Assembly: GCA_040954595.2 (NCBI GenBank)
Contig: CM082593.2
Coordinates: 7,166,043 to 7,230,042, forward strand
Reading direction: 5' to 3'
Origin: Balanoglossus misakiensis
Lineage: Eukaryota; Animalia; Hemichordata
DNA: 64,000 nt
A model generated the notes under the pieces. It was not told the origin of the DNA, searched no databases, and saw nothing but the letters and a program-made list of their open reading frames with translations. Each line of letters starts with the position of its first letter. Within the stretch, counting starts at the first letter, position 1. Shown piece by piece: positions 60,801 to 64,000 of the stretch. The translations under genes and the position numbers were made by a program.

Positions 60801-63800
60801 GGACACCTCTCTAATCAGGACACCTCTCTATTAAGGACAGATTTTCTGGTCCCGGATGTGTCCTTAATAGACAGGTTTTACTGTATGCAATAAAAAATGA
60901 CCATAAATTCTTATGATGGGGACAATATATACATTTAATGACAACATTGTCACACACACCTGTTGACATATAAGCTTGTTTTCTTTGCACAGGAAAACTT
61001 TGTAATGTTCACAGTCATCCAGCCTCCCATCCACGGACAGATACAATACACCCTCAATGATTTGCACTTCAGTACTGTCAATACTTTCACCATGGAAGAC
61101 GTCTACGAAAACCGCATCAGTTACATTCACGACGGAAGCAATACACTTCAGGACAGTTTTACGTTCGGTGTGACGGATGGTGTGAATCCGCATTTCATGA
61201 TCAGAGAAGGTGATCATATTATCACCACAGAAGAACCACAGGTAGGCGCTTGAAATTATTATTCTTTGGAGGCCATGGCAGGATAAACTCAGTGAGTTTA
61301 TCTGGCTGTCCTTTTGAGTGAAAAATGATAGTGGTAGCAAATATGCTGGTCTTGTTGGCATGAGTTCACATTTTGACATCAAAAGTAGAAATCTTGAAGT
61401 CAGTCCTCAACAGATATCTAGGTGTGCCTATTCCTCTTTAGAGACCATCAAACAACTGTGATTATCTGGAAAAAATTAGAAGTGTAATCAATCAATCCAT
61501 GACATGTAAATAAAGAGTAAACATTTGACATTTTGGTATTTTCTGTACAGATTTTCAGCATCAAAGTCTTGCCTGTGGACGATGGCACACCAAGACTGGT
61601 GACCAATCTTGGACTGCAGTACCTAGAATATATCGATGGCAGAGTAAGTGGCGTGTTTAGTTTTGTTTGATCCAAAATGTTAATGGATGAAATATTTCAT
61701 AATCTTGAAAAGATTTAGTGACTTTGCTTTCTTACATCCACATACGTAACTGTCTTTTTGTCTAAATTTTGAAAAATATTTTGTGTACAACTGGCCCGGT
61801 TTTCTTGCATTGCTCCCTATATGGTAAAGTTGATTACATTGTGTGACGCCATACATGTAGGTGACTGTGCCTCAGACAGCTTAGTATTAATTTTGAAAAT
61901 GTTTATAAGCCAATAAAATGTGTTTCTTTTTAATTTATGTTTAATGCAGGCTATGGGAGCGATAACAGAACGTCAGTTACGAACAATCGATATGGACACT
62001 GAGGATAACCTGTTACTCTACACACTGACAACACCACCACAGTTTGGATTTTTAGAATCGACTCTAGCACCGTCCGTACCACTGACATCATTCACACAAG
62101 GTAAAGTAAATGAGTAATTTGCAGTCTGGTCAGAAATAAATTGCAGTTTCAAGAATTTGTCAAATATGAAGCCTTGATGATCGAGGTGTTGATTTTGTCT
62201 AATTTCTCTCCTTGGTCTGTTTTCCGAACAGAGGACATCAGCAGTGGACTAGTCCAGTATGTGATGTACGACGACGTGACCGATGAAACCGACGACAGTT
62301 TCGTGTTCGATGTGGCCGACAGCAAACCCAACATCGTGTCCAAGAATGTCTTCAGAATCAGGTGGTCCAGGGTCAGTTTTGAGTTCAAAAATTACAATGT
62401 CAGCGAGAAGGGAGGCATGGTTAGCATCACTGTGAAGAGAACTGGAAACTTGAATCAGGTAAAGACTGTTTTCTGTTTGTGGCAGACGATCAATGTCATG
62501 CTTTCCCGCCAAAAACATTGAAATATTTTAAATTGCAGTGGTTTTCAAGGATATCAACGTTTATTTTAGACAAACATGGGATATCGTGATTTTTTTGACG
62601 TAGCTCCAGACATTCACTCAACACTTTCCCCTCCTAAAGTCAGCTATTTGTAGTCTAAAATATCAAAATTTCATGTTTTACTTCAATCTACTATACTTGT
62701 ATTTATGTTTTATGAAAACGAGGGACCCAATCTAGATTTGATTACTACGTATTCCTTTTTTCTTTTTTTTAATGATCATTTTATTTGTTTCATCTAAATA
62801 TAATTCTTTTTTTTCTTCTTCACATAGTATGGAATTGTGTTGTGCAGAACAGAGGAGGGTTCAGCCAAGTCTGGTGACATCGGTTCCAAACCTGGCAAAC
62901 ACGACTATGTGGAACATGCTGGACAGGTGAGGAAAGGACAAAAACATTGACACCACTTTTAGCGAAAATGTACATCATTTCTAAAACAATTCCTTAAAGG
63001 GAAGCGGTCGTCGCGCCGCGTGGGTGTCCCCCTTGACGAGAATATGTCCCCCATACAAGCGCAAACCCCACTGCAGTCGCCACGACCTACTAGGATCTTC
63101 AGTTGCTGTCATGCCCAGTCTACGCTACAGTTGGCTGCTTCGTTCATTCTAAGAATTATCTAATTTCAGGGATTTGTGGATGAACTGTTATGTTTATAAA
63201 CAAACAAACGCCGCACGATGACCCCTTTAAAGTAACAAACTAAAATTTGTGATGTATTCAAACACAGGTCCAGTTTGAAGAACGCGAAGAGAAGAAATTC
63301 TGCAATGTGATCATAAACGACGACACCATCTTTGAAGGACCGGAAATCTTCAAAGTCGAACTGAGCATGCCGGCATATGCCCTGCTCGGCGAACCAAGCC
63401 AAGCCACTGTCACAATTCTGGACACTGAAGATGGTACGTCTGGTATCTGTCGATATGAGATGGGTTTAAAGATATAACACAGCAGGGCAGCCATAATCCG
63501 TTAACCCTTTCACCACCATGGTTTGGTCCAAATCTATTGTGTTCTATGGTGAAGTTGGACCTCTATAGAGGGAACTGGGGGTGAAAGGGTTAACTTGTGC
63601 CAGACATCAAGTGCTGTTTTACTGTCAAACTCATCTTGCCAATCCAGATCATAAAAATGTTTGACTTGGGGAAGTTTCCTTGGCATATTGGTACAGTTAA
63701 ACCTGTCTATAGTAGCCAGTCAAGGGACTTTCCTAAACTGGCCTTTATATACAGGTAGCCTTTATAGACAGGTCAATTAATGCACATGTAAATTGCACAG

Positions 63801-64000
63801 GGACTGTAACAAAGTGGCCACTATAGTCAAGTGGCCACTATAAAGAGGTGGTCACTGACATAGGTTTGACTGTATCAGTGTATGCCCAGCTGTACGTAAA
63901 CTTGTATGGAATAAGCAATTTTGGTATTCTTGACACAAGTGTCACAAATCTTACATTTTTTTACTTTCTCTTTTCAGAACCAAGCATTGAATTTGAAAGT
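788..64000 (+). CDS. FRAS1: FRAS1 orthologue (Fraser extracellular matrix complex subunit 1), multi-exon, 5' and 3' incomplete; 49 coding exons in window
   Basis: Spliced translation gives 6 VWC + 14 furin-like + 12 CSPG + Calx-beta domains in FRAS1 order. Peptides such as MTVQEGVRKTITEFELKATDADT, LPVDDGTPRLVTNLGLQYLEY, DSKPNIVSKNVFRIRWS and VELSMPAYALLGE are near-identical to vertebrate FRAS1 as recalled. All junctions are GT-AG and phase-compatible. Confidence 0.96.
5572..5665. mobile_element. MITE family A
   Basis: TTAA-CCCTTTTCAC...GTGAAAGGG-TTAA. Confidence 0.8.
12603..12958. mobile_element. MITE family B (foldback, long TIRs, Kolobok-like TTAA|AGGG ends)
   Basis: TTAA-AGGGACAAAGTCTCTCT...AGAGAGACTTTGTCCCT-TTAA; about 130 bp imperfect inverted repeats. 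Confidence 0.85.
13001..13040. repeat. (TG)n microsatellite followed by a poly-G run
   Basis: Seen directly in sequence. Confidence 0.8.
13565..13650. mobile_element. MITE family A, degenerate, reverse orientation
   Basis: Diverged match to the copy at 63501 (accc...ccattgtcttctgtagtcaagt...ttggggttaaagg). Confidence 0.45.
15272..15518. mobile_element. Possible degenerate MITE (ATAGACCATTTTC...GAAAATCATCTAT)
   Basis: Imperfect 13-bp terminal inverted repeat only; single copy in window. Confidence 0.35.
17233..17576. mobile_element. MITE family B, opposite orientation
   Basis: Same TIRs and TTAA flanks; core is the reverse complement of the 12603 copy. Confidence 0.85.
20340..20345 (+). other. 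Candidate 6-nt alternative microexon (GGT CAT, Gly-His) of FRAS1
   Basis: gACTAAC branch point, pyrimidine tract with TGC, TAG acceptor, GTAAGT donor; in frame in a phase-0 intron. Confidence 0.5.
22523..22580. mobile_element. MITE family A, 3' half fragment
   Basis: ccatagaaaa...atgggtttggaccaaaccatggtggtaaaagggtt. Confidence 0.65.
23108..23200. mobile_element. MITE family A
   Basis: taaccttctcacc...gtgaaaggggttaa. Confidence 0.78.
25776..25956. mobile_element. MITE family C (Tc1/pogo-like, TA TSD)
   Basis: TA-CAGTCAAACCTGT...ACAGGTTTGACTG-TA with internal GTGGCCACTA repeats. Confidence 0.85.
30509..30684. mobile_element. pogo/Tigger-like MITE
   Basis: TA-CAGTTAAACTC...GAGTTTTACTG-TA with internal TATCCGAAC repeats. 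Confidence 0.78.
38469..38576 (+). CDS. FRAS1: FRAS1 exon, VWC1 (NNAMWQNDPCSICSC...SCQFDK)
   Basis: ttcag/gtaagt, 108 nt, W-x4-C-x2-C-x-C VWC pattern. Confidence 0.93.
38780..38945. mobile_element. Kolobok-like MITE
   Basis: TTAA-AGCCCCAGTAACTCCAACTTTGGGCT...AGCCCAAAGCTAAGAGTTACTGGAATCT-TTAA imperfect TIR. Confidence 0.6.
39042..39161. mobile_element. 120-bp MITE with TAG...CTA ends and 9-bp TSD (AcademH-like)
   Basis: Perfect 18-bp TIR TAGACTCTCTCACAGCCC; direct repeat ATTGACCGA at 39033-39041 and 39162-39170. Confidence 0.85.
39409..39498 (+). CDS. FRAS1: FRAS1 exon, VWC1/2 (GESLLILPNQCCPVC...EIFG)
   Basis: tttcag/gtaagt, 90 nt, CCPxC. Confidence 0.93.
39680..39836 (+). CDS. FRAS1: FRAS1 exon, VWC2 (HNTEWESNCETCSC...CCPKCISVG)
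   Basis: tttcag/gtaagt, 157 nt. Confidence 0.93.
40215..40348 (+). CDS. FRAS1: FRAS1 exon, VWC3 (SCSYGGVNYRDGSVWSPVPCSECTC...)
   Basis: atcag/gtacgt, 134 nt. Confidence 0.93.
40394..40601. mobile_element. MITE family D (TA-CTGTAAAAC...GTTTTACAG-TA)
   Basis: TIR CTGTAAAACACTTTATTTTC, TA flanks, internal TTTCGCG motifs. Confidence 0.83.
40757..40809. repeat. Three tandem copies of TTTCTAAGAAATCT
   Basis: Seen directly in sequence. Confidence 0.8.
40929..41012 (+). CDS. FRAS1: FRAS1 exon, VWC3/4 (YEREVVKDGKCCPEC...GQTYE)
   Basis: ttttag/gtaaag, 84 nt. Confidence 0.92.
42577..42681 (+). CDS. FRAS1: FRAS1 exon, VWC4 (DGHQWQRDACTQCIC...)
   Basis: cacag/gtaagt, 105 nt. Confidence 0.93.
42802..42859 (+). 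CDS. FRAS1: FRAS1 exon, VWC4 end (DEQKVTRPGLCCPECVSSK)
   Basis: atcag/gtacag, 58 nt. Confidence 0.9.
43136..43269 (+). CDS. FRAS1: FRAS1 exon, VWC5 (SCDYDDKTWYHGDMWNISACEYCIC...)
   Basis: catag/gtgagt, 134 nt. Confidence 0.93.
43604..43693 (+). CDS. FRAS1: FRAS1 exon, VWC5/6 (GKVLEKREGHCCLQC...YCVYDRRTYR)
   Basis: aacag/gtaagt, 90 nt. Confidence 0.9.
44085..44232 (+). CDS. FRAS1: FRAS1 exon, VWC6 (NGDDWSPDSCRICHC...CCPICKP)
   Basis: cgtag/gtaaaa, 148 nt. Confidence 0.93.
44631..44771 (+). CDS. FRAS1: FRAS1 exon, furin-like repeat 1
   Basis: ttgcag/gtgagt, 141 nt, phase 1-1, CSNDCIGC...CVERCSQGFY. Confidence 0.92.
44979..45119 (+). CDS. FRAS1: FRAS1 exon, furin-like repeat 2
   Basis: ttgcag/gtaggt, CHPTCAEC...CVLDCGPGFF. 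Confidence 0.93.
45266..45409 (+). CDS. FRAS1: FRAS1 exon, furin-like repeat 3
   Basis: ttgcag/gtaagc, CHDSCLECVGP... Confidence 0.93.
45775..45915 (+). CDS. FRAS1: FRAS1 exon, furin-like repeat 4
   Basis: gacag/gtggga, CDPSCATCEYDSPRCISC. Confidence 0.92.
46197..46337 (+). CDS. FRAS1: FRAS1 exon, furin-like repeat 5
   Basis: tttcag/gtaaga, CHSSCAECSGP. Confidence 0.93.
47442..47615 (+). CDS. FRAS1: FRAS1 exon, furin-like repeat 6 (long variant)
   Basis: tacag/gtgagc, 174 nt, CHLSCRTCVGP. Confidence 0.93.
48059..48199 (+). CDS. FRAS1: FRAS1 exon, furin-like repeat 7
   Basis: cgtag/gtaagt, CHTTCKRC. Confidence 0.93.
48355..48533. mobile_element. MITE family C
   Basis: CAGTCAAACCTCT...; internal sequence shared with the 25776 and 63694 copies. 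Confidence 0.8.
48611..48754 (+). CDS. FRAS1: FRAS1 exon, furin-like repeat 8
   Basis: ctcag/gtaacg, CHSSCEGCFGP. Confidence 0.93.
49050..49202 (+). CDS. FRAS1: FRAS1 exon, furin-like repeat 9
   Basis: cacag/gtgagt, 153 nt. Confidence 0.93.
49308..49451 (+). CDS. FRAS1: FRAS1 exon, furin-like repeat 10
   Basis: tgtag/gtgagg, CHQSCVTC...VLAHTGSC. Confidence 0.92.
49651..49794 (+). CDS. FRAS1: FRAS1 exon, furin-like repeat 11
   Basis: tccag/gtaaga, CAANCILCTGP. Confidence 0.93.
50203..50343 (+). CDS. FRAS1: FRAS1 exon, furin-like repeat 12
   Basis: tgcag/gtaaag, ECDWVCNSCVGP...DCIQCMD. Confidence 0.93.
50678..50818 (+). CDS. FRAS1: FRAS1 exon, furin-like repeat 13
   Basis: ttgcag/gtgagt, CDSKCLACDGP. 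Confidence 0.92.
50832..50924. mobile_element. MITE family A
   Basis: TTAA-CCCTTTCAC...GTGAACGGG-TTAA, 13 nt after an exon donor. Confidence 0.82.
51058..51198 (+). CDS. FRAS1: FRAS1 exon, furin-like repeat 14
   Basis: ctcag/gtaaat, CPDLCIECSGP. Confidence 0.93.
51232..51424. mobile_element. Kolobok-like MITE (family E); related fragments at about 35210-35340 and 48830-48895
   Basis: TTAA-AGGTATGCGGTCACC...GGTGACTGTATACCT-TTAA; internal gatctagccaatcac also seen reversed in the fragments. Confidence 0.75.
51582..52258 (+). CDS. FRAS1: FRAS1 exon, CSPG repeats 1-2 (677 nt)
   Basis: tccag/gtcagt; INGTITVPIGGSKVLD...YTHDGSETGHDVILMQASDG. Confidence 0.94.
52574..52733 (+). CDS. FRAS1: FRAS1 exon, CSPG 3
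   Basis: ttgcag/gtaaga, LLSATDLDTPDEELNY. Confidence 0.93.
53082..53260 (+). CDS. FRAS1: FRAS1 exon, CSPG 3
   Basis: ctaag acceptor (AAG)/gtttgt donor, FRQRDLDEGHIWYQH; frame-compatible with neighbours. Confidence 0.85.
53586..53708 (+). CDS. FRAS1: FRAS1 exon, CSPG 3/4 linker
   Basis: tgtag/gtgagt, VTDSAEPPNILSDQAFNIAVL. Confidence 0.91.
53941..54196 (+). CDS. FRAS1: FRAS1 exon, CSPG 4
   Basis: tccag/gtaagt, YNITQPLRPNQGTIEH...YFTQADVN...YRPPP. Confidence 0.93.
54641..54904 (+). CDS. FRAS1: FRAS1 exon, CSPG 4/5
   Basis: cctag/gtatgt, VSDGAGNEIPSQPFTIRLLP. Confidence 0.92.
55254..55653 (+). CDS. FRAS1: FRAS1 exon, CSPG 5/6 (400 nt)
   Basis: tccag/gtaaga, YVHDGSKHLEDVFEITVSDG. Confidence 0.93.
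55820..55982 (+). CDS. FRAS1: FRAS1 exon, CSPG 6/7
   Basis: tacag/gtgaga, TDRITFNVSDG...VTPVNNQPP. Confidence 0.92.
56088..56284. mobile_element. MITE family D, reverse orientation
   Basis: Reverse complement aligns end to end with the 59571 copy. Confidence 0.8.
56319..56451 (+). CDS. FRAS1: FRAS1 exon, CSPG 7
   Basis: gtcag/gtatgt, VNEGGTVTL...ASDIDTP. Confidence 0.91.
56650..56840 (+). CDS. FRAS1: FRAS1 exon, CSPG 7
   Basis: ttcag/gtgggt, IQYVQDIHQNMEPVSDGFLFHISDG. Confidence 0.88.
57253..57489 (+). CDS. FRAS1: FRAS1 exon, CSPG 8
   Basis: gacag/gtaaaa, LVNDEAP...KPPDHG...GSSFTYQ. Confidence 0.92.
57862..58042 (+). CDS. FRAS1: FRAS1 exon, CSPG 8/9
   Basis: tacag/gtaagt, DILEELIGY...ETPRLTINRGLQ. 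Confidence 0.92.
58431..58619 (+). CDS. FRAS1: FRAS1 exon, CSPG 9
   Basis: tccag/gtactg, ITQDLLRATDVDSD. Confidence 0.9.
58905..59024 (+). CDS. FRAS1: FRAS1 exon, CSPG 9
   Basis: tacag/gtaagt, RVRYVHEES...NQLIDQSFIITIL. Confidence 0.92.
59362..59537 (+). CDS. FRAS1: FRAS1 exon, CSPG 10
   Basis: ttgcag/gtagaa, NSGLVLNEG...LSATDADS. Confidence 0.9.
59571..59775. mobile_element. MITE family D
   Basis: TA-CTGTAAAACGGGTTATTTTCGC...GCGAAAATGACCTGTTTTACAG-TA. Confidence 0.83.
59956..60084 (+). CDS. FRAS1: FRAS1 exon, CSPG 10
   Basis: cgtag/gtaagc, PGVPIIHFTQSDL...QYVHTS. Confidence 0.9.
60458..60598 (+). CDS. FRAS1: FRAS1 exon, CSPG 10/11
   Basis: tccag/gtacat, VQEGVRKTITEFELKATDADTK. Confidence 0.94.
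60613..60778. mobile_element. pogo-like MITE (degenerate)
   Basis: TA-CAGTAAAA...TTTTACTG; abuts the next MITE. Confidence 0.55.
60783..60883. mobile_element. pogo-like MITE
   Basis: TA-CAGTGAACCTGTC...GACAGGTTTTACTG-TA with internal AGGACACCTCTCTA repeats. Confidence 0.75.
60993..61241 (+). CDS. FRAS1: FRAS1 exon, CSPG 11
   Basis: cacag/gtaggc, QPPIHG...TFTMEDVYENRISYIHDGSN. Confidence 0.94.
61551..61643 (+). CDS. FRAS1: FRAS1 exon, CSPG 11/12
   Basis: tacag/gtaagt, LPVDDGTPRLVTNLGLQYLEYIDGR. Confidence 0.93.
61950..62100 (+). CDS. FRAS1: FRAS1 exon, CSPG 12
   Basis: tgcag/gtaaag, LRTIDMDTED...SFTQ. Confidence 0.93.
62232..62458 (+). CDS. FRAS1: FRAS1 exon, CSPG 12 end / Calx-beta 1 start
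   Basis: aacag/gtaaag, YNVSEKGGMVSITVKRTGNLNQ. Confidence 0.94.
62828..62926 (+). CDS. FRAS1: FRAS1 exon, Calx-beta 1
   Basis: catag/gtgagg, YGIVLCRTEEGSA...DYVEHAGQ. Confidence 0.93.
62994..63230. mobile_element. Kolobok-like MITE (degenerate)
   Basis: TTAA-AGGG..GTCGTCG ... CGATGACCCCT-TTAA. Confidence 0.5.
63268..63433 (+). CDS. FRAS1: FRAS1 exon, Calx-beta 1
   Basis: cacag/gtacgt, VQFEEREE...INDDTIFEGPE...DTED. Confidence 0.94.
63501..63593. mobile_element. MITE family A, reverse orientation
   Basis: TTAA-CCCTTTCACC...GGTGAAAGGG-TTAA. Confidence 0.83.
63694..63872. mobile_element. MITE family C
   Basis: TA-CAGTTAAACCTGTC...AGGTTTGACTG-TA. Confidence 0.85.
63978..64000 (+). CDS. FRAS1: FRAS1 exon, Calx-beta 2 start (truncated by window)
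   Basis: tttcag acceptor, (E)PSIEFES. Confidence 0.88.

Overview
Eukaryotic (animal) genomic DNA, AT-rich, with GT-AG introns and many MITEs. It is probably from a marine invertebrate, possibly a non-vertebrate deuterostome; the taxon is inference only. The whole window lies inside one + strand gene, an orthologue of FRAS1 (Fraser extracellular matrix complex subunit 1). I traced 49 coding exons from 788 to the window end, about 7.9 kb CDS or about 2,630 aa. All have phase-compatible GT-AG boundaries and the spliced frame has no stop. They encode 6 VWC domains, 14 furin-like Cys-rich repeats, 12 CSPG (cadherin-like) repeats and the start of the Calx-beta region. The signal-peptide exon and the 3' end lie outside the window. 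A 32-nt exon (788-819) is separated from the rest by a 37.6-kb intron, while all other introns are 0.1-1.6 kb. That intron holds a textbook 6-nt microexon candidate (20340-20345), a candidate recursive splice site and clusters of transcription-factor motifs. Introns carry several MITE families (piggyBac-like, Kolobok-like, Tc1/pogo-like, AcademH-like) and about 30 TACATGTA octamers that may be excision footprints. Comparisons to human FRAS1 are from memory and need verification. No prokaryotic-type systems, RNA genes or CRISPR arrays were found.
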